DNA of 64,000 bases, taken from positions 62,001 to 126,000 of the forward strand of contig KZ538011.1 in assembly GCA_000934665.2 (NCBI GenBank), in the 5' to 3' direction. The notes beneath the pieces are model-generated. The model saw nothing but the letters and a program-made list of their open reading frames with translations. It was not told where the DNA came from and made no database searches. This document shows positions 1-12,465 of this stretch, piece after piece. The number at the start of each line of letters is the position of its first letter. The first letter of the stretch is position 1. The stretch comes from Catajapyx aquilonaris. Its lineage: Eukaryota. The position numbers and the translations under genes were made by a program.

Positions 1-3000
1 CACTCAAAAGTTCAGATTGAGTCTGAGACGAATAGAAATAGATATAAGGTTTCCACCACCGAGAGACAATTGTCTGTTTATCTTTGCCATGTTCATTGGA
101 AGTGCGTCGCAACTGACTGACGCTTTTTGTTATACATGTCAAAAATCAACTAATTAGCTCCCCATAGGCCTCAAAATTTGCTCCAAATTTTGAGGCACGA
201 TCTGGCTAATTAGCAAATAGCTGTCTATCGAATTTTTTTTGTGGGTGTGGGGTGGGTTGGGATTGTCCTGTCATTGTCATTACCGCCACATGCATGACAT
301 GATGGCAATTAGGTTTCGGCTGCATCATCTGATTTAATTGTGGAATTAGAGCGTACAACCACTTGACACAACTGACGTCATTTGTTTCCTCATTTTTGTG
401 GAATTATAATTTAGTACATTCATGCCAAACTACATTTTAAATGACGTAGCGTTTTCCAAAATTGTGTATAACTGACTGTTATAGCCTGCATAGTAGGCCG
501 CAATGTAGGCAGCAATTACGGATTATTTTCTCAAAAATATTTGCAAAAATTGACCCCCATATGGGATAATGCACTTTTAATTATTTTAAATTGCAATTTC
601 TTGAAATAATGTCATTCTGATAGTTCTGCATTTAAAACAACTTAGAACTGCACTTTTGCATTTCCCTAAAATACTTCATTGCTGCAAAAGTACACAGGCC
701 ATTATTAACCGCTTTTCAGTGCGAAGAACAGACGAAGGTAAGAAAAGCGGTAATCGATAGTGTACTTGACAAAATTGATGTGAACCATCTCCAGTGGTAG
801 ACAAAAAAAAGGAGGGAACAGTAGTCCTTGAGGGAGCTCGGAGGCATCTGAGGACCGATTGTCTCTTTTAACAGGAACCTGAAACTTGAGCACCACCTTC
901 CATGTCCCAGCATCCTATCCGCTCTGCAATATTAAGCGCATCAGGTAGAGATTGATGGTCTCTAAGGATCTACACAAGGTTGCAACCCAGTATCTCCGGG
1001 GGAGAATTAAAGTGGACGGGGCAGAAAATAATTTATTACTGTTCCATTAGGCGAACTAATTGGTGTTTGCACTTCAATTGATCAGCACGGGATCAAAAAT
1101 TTGATTGACCGATTTACAAATTTAATTCCCACACACGTTGCTGATTGGATTAGTTAATGGAAACTACTGAATTCGTAAAATAGGCAGGTGCAGTACTTTC
1201 ATGTATCAGTGACCCAAGTTCAGGCAATGAGTCGATCAGACATTGATAAACCAATATAATTAATGGTACTGACCTGATATAATAAAGAACATTTTTTTAA
1301 AAAAAGGTCAATTTGAGCCACATTCCTATGAAAAAACCAGTGACCAGAAGATGCTTCGCATTTTTTGGTGCAACCGTACGTGAATGCCACGCCTAGGTAA
1401 AATTACTCTCTGATTAATTAACCATTGCGACATACCTCCCTGCTGATTCACACGCCCTTCCGTGTTGGCTAAATTTTTTATGCACTCAAAAACGCAGGGG
1501 TCATTTCCCTCCTTATTGGTCCACATTTCATTGAAAAGGTTTGCTTGTGTCGACCCATCACAGAACATGCAATGTCCTACAAAAGAGAGACGGCGGGACA
1601 CACAAAAGACGAGCACTCTCTTTCCAATATGTCATTGTTGCCGGAATACAGTGCAAGATGATTGAATTTTGACCACCCCTCTTTTTTGTGGTTGGTTATT
1701 GTACAACATCCCAGGTACAGTCCAAAATGAAATTTTTGTGAACAAGGAGAAACATTTTTTTTCTTCTTTCGACCCATCCCTGGGAGACGTCACATTGCTC
1801 TGAATATCCAGGCGGCTTTTCCGAATCTCTCTCGTCAACAGGATGTAATTCCGGAGGTTCGCGGCTTCCCCGACATCAATTATTAATGCGCGAGCACATT
1901 TTCCTCGCGCCTGACTGGCTTATAGAAGAGATAAGTTAGTGCAGAGTATAGAGAAGGAGGAAGGTGGGGTCGGAAAAAAAATCGAAAATGTGTGAGAGGA
2001 GAAACGAGGTGTTTTGGAGCACCGAATAATGGCCCACCCTCACGCATGGACAGGGCTGAATGCAGGGCAGGTGTAACAGGATACGACGGTGTTTTGGAGG
2101 AAGAGAGGTCGTTGCTCTGGTGTCGTCAGTGCAAGCTTCTTCCTTTTTTTTGGGAGAGGACGAGCGAGCGGTTAGAGGCGGAAAAATAAGAAGTGTAATC
2201 AAAATAATAAAGGAAATTGAGTTTGACGTCAGAGGACCAGGAAATTCGTTTCTGGGAGACGAAAATGGCCGGATTATAGGCGCGAAAATGTCGCTGAAAT
2301 TGGAGGATATAGGAGGAGGAGAAAAAAAAAACGTATTACGCCTGGAGAATCCAAAGAAAACATTTAACGCTAAAAGGAAACATAATGAATTTGTGTAGCG
2401 GAAACTTTTAACATAATGCAATGTCGAAATGAGGAAAATGAAGCGTGTTAATTAATTTCATACAGGAGCAATCCGTCAAATACCGGCTGTAAATTCACAG
2501 TAAAAGTCGAGTCACCGGAGAGACAATTCCTGACAAATTCCGGCTGTTTAATTATTGCTCTCTTGATAATCCTTCCGAAAAGTCACACAGCGCCTTAAGT
2601 GAAAGAAGACACACGCACACAAGAGACCTACAGAGCCAAGAGGGCATACCCTGCTGCTGCAGTAAATTAATTTAAGCAAATAAAATTCCTCCGCTGCACT
2701 GCTGTGGCATCCCCCCTTTTCCCCTTGCTTATTCCGCTGGATATTACGGGGGGCACTCGTAATTAAAAGTGTCCCGACTGTGCCATTGTTTTTACCAATG
2801 GAGCTCAATTTCTGCTAGAGTTTTTCTCATGGGTTAGTCCAACACTTTTTTTCTTTCTCCTTATTCTGATATTGTGCTGAGCAGCTGGATGCCCCTGAGA
2901 GACACCAATAATTAACATCGGTTGCAAAATTTTCATTAACACTAACCTGCAGTTAGCCACCATGCGATTATACATGTTTCGCAGGTGAAGCCGGACCTTT

Positions 3001-5650
3001 TGTGTTTTTTAAGTAGTCTAGCATGATCCCCTTTCGAATTTTATTTCCCTGAACGATGAGCGCAGATATAGAGTCCTCATGAATGCTGAGCTGGAGCAGA
3101 AGGTTTTAATCACGTTTAATCCCGGTGTCCGGCTGCCTACCAAATGGGCTTCCTGAACCGGATCCGCTGGGGGATCCATCCAGAGCATGCGTTGCTATAT
3201 ACTGTAACCAGTTCTGGGTCGAAACGGGAAATAATTTTGGAGTCACAATTACCTGACTGGGCCCACACTGCCCTCCAGTGCTGGGATGGAACTACAGAAA
3301 ACTATATTTTCACGCAGATTGTTGCCCGCCGGATATGCAGGTTTTTTAAAAAAGTTGCTGTACACACGGGAATACACCACTGGTTTCAACCTAAAACTGC
3401 AAAAAAATGATTGCAATTTCACTGGAGAAATAAAGTTGGCCAAAATATGTGCCTGTATGCCAAAATAGTTCAAATGTCACACAACGTTTAGCCACTTCCC
3501 CATGTATCTGCGTCATCTGCGGACAACCGCAAATCATACCGCAGGCATTACTTGCCCGGACTTATTGCATTATTCCCGGCCGTAATTGAAAATAGCATAA
3601 TGCTGCGCTTTGTGGACGGGCTTAACAATGTAATGCGATGCGGAGAGGCGAATTACACATTTATTTACATTTTTTTGTTGAGCGCAGCAGACCCCAACTT
3701 GAGCTAAATTGGCCCCCGCACCAGCAAAGGCTGCTTTGTGTCCGTGGCACTGTAAATACATGAAACGGCTTAAATACGTCACCAGAACCTCAGTGCAAAT
3801 CTGACACGTTGCATGTTGCTCGGTTGCGTTTTCCAAGCCCATTTCCATTAAGTCATGGCGCAATAATCGCCATATCTCAACAATGAGCCCCCCCATCCTA
3901 ACAGCCCCATGTATAACGTACAAATCCGGAGGCCCCCACGAAATGATGCTGATAGGATTTTAACCGCGGACAAATTAGGCCATAACTCAAAAACTCATAT
4001 ATCCCCCCCCTTCCACAACCTTGTCCCGGGCGAGCTGTCTCCCTGGAAGCGGGGCGATGTCTGCTAGAACAAATGAATTTTTGAGCCTTGAACTTTGTCT
4101 TTGCTCCGCCGTTTTATCTGTCCCGCCATTCTCCGGGGCCTATCCGAGTGATTGATGTCGTTAAGCTATTGACAAGACTCTTTAACGACGGGGCACGTAG
4201 CCAGTTGTCTTATGGATTAATAAAAAAGCCATGCCTGCGCGCGGAGAAGCCTTCAAAAGTATACACCCAGAAAAGGACAAAAATATGTGACCAGCACGGC
4301 TTATCTTTCGAAACATGTAAGGACGTCAACTATGTATGGCCTTTCCAGCACAATTTGATAGCTTGTGACGTTCCCCTCGTTTTGTCGTCACCCATGACCC
4401 GGTTGGTCTCTATAGGCACTTGTAGAAGGTACTAGAGTCGGTTGGGAATCCAGGCTCATCGATCAGGGTCTCCTGTTGCCGCAAAGAGCCGTAAAATCTA
4501 GTGAAGGATGAACGTGGGTGTGGGGGAGGTGAGAAGAGAGGAAAAGTGCGATCGCTCCAGAGTTTACCTTGGGAAAGAGGAATCAGCTTTGTTATAGGCC
4601 TATACCTGAAGTGTCGAGAGAATTGCAGTTATGTAACCCTCAAGTCTCGGCGCAATCTTGTCTCTCACTGTCTCTGATGTTGGAGAGCGCAGAGGAACTT
4701 TACGATTCTCAGGACACACACACACACACTGCAGGTGCTTTGCCGCTGGGGGTAACATGATCTAAATCAGCTTGCAGTACTGGTTGATTAAAAATGGCCC
4801 ACCGAAACTCAAGGTTGTAATGTCAAGACAGATACTGGCATGGGTCTTGTTATCCGTACAGAGCAGATAAGCAGTTTAGTGTAATGCGGATTGTATTATA
4901 TTTGTTCAGACCCCGCCTCCCCCTATAGCGTGATTAAGTTTTAGTGCGAAACATGTTTTCGCAATATGAGCACCAGCAAGCTTGAATGAACTTGCCGTCG
5001 CCTCCCGTGCTCCACAAACACATCAATTCCGTCGCACCATTTCTGAAACAAAGTGGACGTAATTGAATTGGACATTATTAGAGAACTGACAACATGCCAT
5101 TCACAATCAAGCTTTTTATAGATTACTCCAATGCGCATTTTGCCCCCGTCGTCAATGGGAAGGCGGAGCTTGTGATTTGCATTAATTTCGCTGCCGGACG
5201 AAAGACGGCATTTTACTGTTCCGGGAGCTAAATATGTCATGCCCCGAGGAGCTCTATCGGAAGTTCGGAACACAGCCATGTTCATCTCCCCAGGGAGTAA
5301 TTAGCCATTTTTTTTTGCCCAAGCTTTGAATACCGTGTGTTTCAGAATTAAGCTCACATCGCCAGAAATGGTGACTCAGGACACGACAAGTGGAGCTAAA
5401 TATATTATGAAACGCAAGGTTTAATGAGTGTTAATAAAACAGGGTAGTGCTTTCAAACACGCTTAATATTTGGCCATCCTCATTTTTCTATTTAACAATT
5501 GCCAAGTGAAAGTCTTTGATGCATTCCTTTCATCTAACACGATGGAAGTTATTGCAGCTTGCGGCTTTCTGTGTGTACCCGTGATGGTTTGTAAACTTTC
5601 AAGAGTCAATTTAAGTGGGGTTTTTTCGTGGTTCCATCCGAGCGCCTCTT

Positions 5651-7456
5651 TTAGTCTCCTTCTTCAACTCCATCGTCGTCATCTATGGACTCGACCATGT
5701 ACGGGCAGCTTGAGACATGGTTGTAATTTTGCGACTTGATGTCCTCCTTCTCCGCCTCCCTGTGGTAATAGTAGGTCAAGTTGAACACGACCACTGCGGT
5801 AGTGATCGCCACGATCAGCACACCAGTCACGGTGCACAGGGTAGCATTCAAAATCCCCCAGAATCCGACTGGGTTGTACGGGATCGGTGACCCCAGGGTG
5901 GTCAAGGTCACCACTGCCCACTCGATGGCGTGACTGATGGACATGTAGCAGGCTTCCAAAGTCTCAGTTACCCCGTCTTCTGCCAGCACCGTCGCTACTC
6001 CATTCACGTCGCAGTCTCGCGTCTCGGTGAAGAACGCGCCGGTGGCAAAGAACAGGACACCCCCCAGGTAGAGGAAGAACACCAGGCTCAGCTGGGTGGC
6101 CGACGACCTCAGCGCCTTCCCGATAATCTTCAGGTTCTTGGCGTGTCCGGTCAGCTTCAGCACCCGGAATATTCGGAGGAGCCTGATCGCCCTGAAGACG
6201 GTCAGGAACATGGCCCAGTTGGCGCTCCTGTCCGTTGGAGTAGGCGGAGACAGAGGCTTGGTCACCAGCAGCTCCTCCTTCTCGGCCACCACCATGCCCA
6301 AGGTCACCAGGTAAGGAATGGTCGCCAGCAGGTCCACCAGGTTGAACACGCTTTTGAAGAAGGCGAACTTGTCCGGACATGACAGGAAGCGGACCACCAG
6401 TTCGAAGGTGAACCACGACATGCACATGGTCTCCATCAGGAAGAACGGGTCTGGAACCGGCATATTCTCGTTCGACTTGACTTGTCGTGCGGACTCCGGC
6501 CGTGTGGAATTCGGCGATGGGGACTCCGGCTGTGTGGACCTTCTGTAACGGTTGTATTTAGGATGCGTCTCCATGACGAAGATGCAGATTGAAAGGATAA
6601 TGATGACCATTGAGATGATGGCCAGCAAGCGTGCGTGGATCGAGCTCTCCGGATACTCGAACAGGATCCAGACCCTCCTTTGAAGCTCGTTGGAAGGCAG
6701 CGGCTTGTCCTCATCCTCCAGCACCCCTTCGTCTTCCCTGAACCTGTTCATGGCCAACTCACCAAGCTCGAAGAACTTGACCTCGTCCGAGAAGACGTCC
6801 AGAGGCACGTTGTTCGGACGACGCAGCCTTCCTCCACTCTGGTAGTAATACAGGACGGACTTGAAGCTGTCCTGGTGCCTGTCGAAATAATACTCGTCCT
6901 CGTCCGGATCGTAGTACCGGATCCTTCTAGCTGGATCGCCCAGAAGGGTGTCCGGAAACTGGTTCAGAGTCCGAAGCTGCGTCTCGAATCGGAGTCCGCT
7001 TACGTTGATCACAACACGATCGCAAAAGTCGTGGTCGTGCGGGATTATGTGGTCAGATCCGGAGGTTAACGGGCCTTCTTCCGTCTCCTCCTCTTCGTCC
7101 TCGTCCTCCTGCATCCTCAGTGTTCTACCTGCGTCTGTCACAGACAAGATGGCCCTCATCATGGGCGTCATCCTTATAGTGCTTCTTGGCCCTTTACGTG
7201 TTCGAAGACCCAGAGCCCTCTCCACCTCTCGCCTCCCACCTAAAATTGTGTTAATATTTTATCATCTGACACTGACAAATAATTGACATTTTCGTCACCA
7301 TTTCTGAGATTTGAATTAATATTGTTTCTCCGATTAAATTAGTTCCTGCTAATATACAGTATTATCAGGTGCTCACATGTTGGATGAAATTCTTATTATT
7401 AGCAGCTACTATATCACATCACAATAAACTTTACCTGCACTGCCGTCTCCCAACAT
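5651..7456 (-). CDS. Divergent Shaker/Kv1-family voltage-gated channel-like protein, about 536 aa; join(7456..7435,7239..5651)
   Basis: The 524-aa ORF carries a Shaker T1 domain (HDHDFCDRVVINVSGLRFETQLRTLNQFPDTLLGDP...YYYQSGGRLRRP), S1-S6, an S4 RAIRLLRIFRVLK and post-S6 YYHRE...QNYNHVSSCPY. An acceptor (aattttag) precedes 7239. A 22-nt upstream exon ATGTTGGGAGACGGCAGTGCAG|gtaaag (7456-7435) is phase 1 and joins in frame. An alternative in-exon ATG lies at 7171. The pore signature is non-canonical, so I do not call it the Sh orthologue. Confidence 0.9.
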
Positions 7457-9191
7457 CTTGCTTTCCCGGGCTTGCACACCTCTCACAGAATGAACAGATG
7501 TTTCTCACTCAGAGGTCATACAGTTGAGATTTTTTCCCCCCAGCTGAGATGAGTGAGGTGAGTAAAGCAATTAGCAGTAATTCGTACCGTCCACTCGATT
7601 CTCGCAAAAGATAAATAAAGGGCAAACAAAAATTGTTTCCATGGAATCGACAATGATCAGAATGTTATTGTCTGATTATGCTTCAATTTTGTTAAATTTT
7701 TTTCTCCCGATATTCGTCAAATCATCATACTTTCAGATTTTCCTGCTGAAGTCTCCAGGTGTGATTTCAGGCCCATCCCAATTTAGAGAAATGAACGACA
7801 CATCTCCCATGGCGGTTCATTTTCCTAAAATTAATTGACACTTCCACGAATGATTGCGAGTGAACTTTTAATGGCTCCTTTCCCACGACATTAAAGCTAA
7901 TGATCCATCACGCTCTGATGTGGGGGTGGAAAGGAAGGCATGGAATATATATATTCTGCGCAGAATCTATGTCACAAAACGAGACATACCTCGTATCTAT
8001 ACGCGATAACGAAGCGGCGGCGGCGGAATAGGGAATCGATTTATTGGATTAATTCCACTGCATCTAAAGCAACGTTAAACGGCAACGTTTTGCCTCCAGG
8101 CTCAGTCTGCAATTTTTTTTGCAAAGATCCAAAGTCCCTTTCTTGCTTGTTGTTGTTGCTGCTGCTGCTATGACGCCGGGGCTGTTTTTGGCACGGCTGG
8201 CATGGTGCGTCTTGGCGCAAAATTGCATTTTGCAAGCGTGGGCTTGAAAAATGGACCGCGATAATCAGGTAGCCCACACCCGATAGGTGCTGGAAGCGGG
8301 TGTGGCCTGCAGCTACAGGCCTTGAAGCTCACTCTTTTTTTTCCCCCCCTCTCTCATCTCAACGTCGCTAAAACCCCACCTACTATAAGGCCAGGCTCGG
8401 AATAAATTAGATTAAGCTAATCCGGCTCGCTCCCTTTACCTGGTGGAAAAGCCAGGTTCAATTGAGCATTAAAGCTTAATCCACAGCCTGGCAGATGACC
8501 AGGTAAAAACTCGCATGCAACTAGAGGTGTTAGCTGAACTGCAAGGTGCAAAAAGAAATGATGGATTCCACCGGAGAGTTGATAAATCGTTAAACTTGAG
8601 CTGACATCTTTTATGGTCTAGCCCCCTTAGCATGTGAAAGTTAGTCGCATTCATCATTCTGAAGGGAAGCGCCTGCGAATTTGCGGCAACACAACCGCAA
8701 TAGACTGCATATACACTCCTTGACATATGGTGCACATCCCTACGGAGACCTGTTCATTTGGTGAAGCTTGTGACACCATGTGGCAACTCCGCCACGTGGT
8801 GGCCGGGAAAGTGGCAACCATGTCGGAGGAGGGGGTTCGCCTTCTTCCCTTTCCCTTCCCCGATATAACATTCCCTTCCCCGCTTTGCGACTGTGCAGGC
8901 GGGCCTGTGGCCAAATACAGTTACATTTATACCTCATCCGGTGTCCGTGTTTGATTGAACCCGTGAGCTAGTACGGAGCCAGGGACCCCGCAGGTGGGGG
9001 TTCCTGACAAGCTTCAAGTATAAGGTGTCGTAATGATCATGCATGACCCATAATATGATGCCATAGAATTATTTTATGCAAATATTTGGGCTCAAAAGTC
9101 GCGTTACTGAAATTATTAGCATACGATGGTGTATCAATAACCTTTTCAGCGATTTTTAAATGATACCTACAAAAACCGCTAAGAGCATCAC

Positions 9192-9241
9192 TAATGCTCT
9201 TGTGATGCTTTTTGTTGCTAAAAAGTATCACAAGAGCATTA
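9192..9241. repeat. 22-bp near-perfect inverted repeat (hairpin, 6-nt loop)
   Basis: taatgctcttgtgatgcttttt-gttgct-aaaaagtatcacaagagcatta, with one G-T pair. Extra gagcat/atgctc copies lie nearby (9183-9283). Confidence 0.8.
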
Positions 9242-12200
9242 AAAATTTATTGATGCTCCATTGGAGACTCACCATCTATGCTCTTTGAATGTTTTGCAGT
9301 TTACACACACTGTAGGCATAGTATACATTTTTAAATAAAATAATGTGTTAAACAGGTCTTATGAAAGAGCCAAACAGAAACTGAAGGCGAACTTGTGCCA
9401 CTGGTGCTAAACACATTGTATTTTTGTGAATAGCCTTCAGTCAAAGTCAGAGTCATGCCTTCTGGATTTTTTGTCCAGATATGGGTTGACACGTTAAGGT
9501 CATGGCGATAAAACTGGTGGCCCCCATTAATAAAAAAGGAGAGCTGGCGGTTTTTGCAGGTTTATCGTTTGTGGTGTATATGTCTGGCTCCATCCGCATG
9601 AAAAATCGCGAGTGTCCAGTGATGGCTTCACCGAGGCCTCATCCCCTATTGGCCCCTTTTATGTGGACTGCCATTAGTAATCCGGCTTCGACTACACGCG
9701 CTGGGTCATGATTCACAGGCACCTTTGGCTCTGTGGGCTTCTGCAGCGTCGATCATTTGGTCTAGCCACCTGCCTAATGCGTTTTAGATCGCATCCGCCA
9801 CATTTTCCGGATCTAGAGGAATGGGGGAATGCTGCATTCTTTTCCTGCACAGGGTGTGTCGCAATTTCAGGTCAGATTGTCCTCAATTGTGCGGTTGGAT
9901 CACCTGGAGTTGTAATACGCGTAGGATGCCATTAGAGGCACAGGTTGTAAGTGCTCCTGTGCGTGTGCTCGTAATCGCAAAGGGCTCATTTGCATGAGGG
10001 TATTGTGGGACTTATTATACTCACATTGGAGCACCGCAGGGAGGATACGGGGCCTTTGTGAATTTTTATTATTATAATATGCGAGGGAAAACTGCTGCCG
10101 TCTAATACACGGTGCATGACTTGTTGGAATAGCCGGACCTAATTAGCAGTTCAGGAAGTTGGGCCGTTAGCTGCTGTATTACATAAGAGTATGAAGCGGG
10201 GCCTGGAACACTGAGCAAGCGTAATTACCTGGTACCGACGACATCAATTGCACGAGTAATTATTGTAAAGTGGCCAACTCCTGAACGTTTTTCACGATAG
10301 TTTGCCAGCGGCCTTGTTCATTAGGTTGTTCAGCAAGGGACAAAAGGACGCACGAGTTTCAAGACCTTTTTTTTCCAACACTGACGCACTCTGATTAATT
10401 AGCATTAAAGTAGCCACTTGGATGTGGCCAATGTCGCAACATCCCAAGCGACACATGTCTGAACACTCGGTCGGAAATGACAAAGGTTTCTCTCTCTGTC
10501 ATTGTAAAACGAGCTCAGTATGTCACATCAATTCTGGTACAACATGCGGCGAACATACAATTGATATTTTTTGAATATTTATAATAATTGGCGCATTTCA
10601 ATGCCTATTTGCTATTTGCGATAAGGTTTTTAGCTGTCGGTCGCAATGAATTAATGCTAAGTGCAAACCATGGTTTGATATTACGCACTTGTAAAGGTGC
10701 ATCAGAGCCTAAGAGTGTCTGTAACATTTTCCAGCATTCTGTACTTCAAACCCGGTGTGTACCTCCAAACCAGGGATCTGGTATATCAAACAAGAGCTGA
10801 AATTCAGCGCCGGAGCGTGATCTTTCAGAGGACTCTGCTTGGGTCAGCTTAAACCTCAGTGGACACCGCAGGCGACACTGCCAAAAGCTTACTCTCAGCA
10901 TTACTCTGATGAGAAGAGGCCAGAAGCTGTGTGTGCATTCGCTGTACTTGCGTTGGATGAATGAGATAACGTGGTTAGAGGGAGCTGCAAATGTAACTAA
11001 CCGTGAACAAAACCGATCCTTCAGTGATACAGTATCAGAACGTGCGGCTACAACATTTTGCAAGGATCTATTATTGTTATAATGGCAAAGTTCATTTTCA
11101 CACGGCTATAATTGCTGGCAGGTGTGTTTACTCTTTTGAGCAGCTCAATTTCATTAAATTTAATGGACAATCAACTTTGAAAAGGCTCGTGTTTGGAAAA
11201 AAAAACTTGCAGTATTGTTAGGAAGTGTTTGCGCTTTGCATAAACGAATTGGTCAGCTGCTGTTACAAGGCCGGCGTTTGGTACAGAGAGCCTTTAGGCC
11301 ATTATTTCTATTTTGGCGCAAATTGCGATTAAAATCAACCAACCGCACTCTTTTTAATAACAGGTCCAATTTGTCACTGATATGTTCACTGTCTTGCACA
11401 TAACAGCACAATTGTCCATTGTTAGCTCAGTTTAACAAGCCTGCTGGATGGCCCAATTCGTCGCAACCTGTTCATGCAGATACGCGTAATAAAAGAGACT
11501 GATTTTTTCCCCCACAGGCGCAAATATTTTGCAGCCAATCACAGGAGCTCTGCAATTATTTAAACAGCTCGGGAAACGTCACTTCGAAATGAGTATGGTT
11601 GGCAGGCTACTTGTCCAATATGTGGGCTGGTTACATTGTTACCTTTCCCCAAAGGCTGGTTCCACTAATAAGGTTAAACAAAACCGCACAGCTGTATTTT
11701 TTTCCCCGCTTTCTCCTCACCCACAAAAAAAGTTCAAATAGGATTAGAGTTCAACATGGACCATTGTATATGGCTCATTACACTCATTAATTTGTACCTC
11801 GGACCCATTAGGTATTGCTGACAATCCGCCTTTGGAGTGGTTTGTTGGAAACTCAGGGTCGGTGATGGAGCGCAGGTGGAAAAATGCGGGCGGTAATTCC
11901 GATTGAGTCCCTCTGTGTTTCTATTGGAAGAGAGAGAGAGAAAAAAGAGATTCTTTTTCTCTCTCTTTCTCTTTGTCTCTATTCGAAGCCGCATTGGAAA
12001 CGGGCCGTTCTCATCATCATCAGCAACAAAAATTGGCGATTCTGACCACGAGTTCCCAAGATAAGCAGTTCCGGAGGGGGGGGGGGGNGGGGGGGGGGGA
12101 AAGCCTGAGACCATTTTGGACACGTCCGGCAGGCTCCTGCCTTGTTAGCTGAATAGAATCGAGGGTCGGATTTCCCAGAGTCGGAAGGTGCAATTGAATG

Positions 12201-12465
12201 CTTCTATAGATAAAAGGGGAATTGACGCCCGCACACCAACACACCGCGGGATTGCTGGAAAGTAGAACAGCATACCACTTTCTAGGTGATGATGATCCCT
12301 CTATAAATGTGATGGCCTTCCGAATGGATTGAACTATCGCTGTCCTCAAAATTGTCCAACCTTGACCCAGTGTTCTGAGCTGTAGAGTTTGTCCGTCTCA
12401 TCGATAATTTTCCGGTTAGACCTTTCAACTTGCTAGAGTGCTGATAGTTGTAATGTGTTTTTCAG

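Noticed and set aside
1936..2421. 161-aa and 112-aa ORFs in a purine-skewed region
   Set aside because: Low-complexity composition with no family motif.
5930..7286. Several 70-150 aa ORFs overlapping the Kv-like gene on both strands
   Set aside because: These are shadow ORFs of GC3-rich coding sequence with no recognisable motifs.
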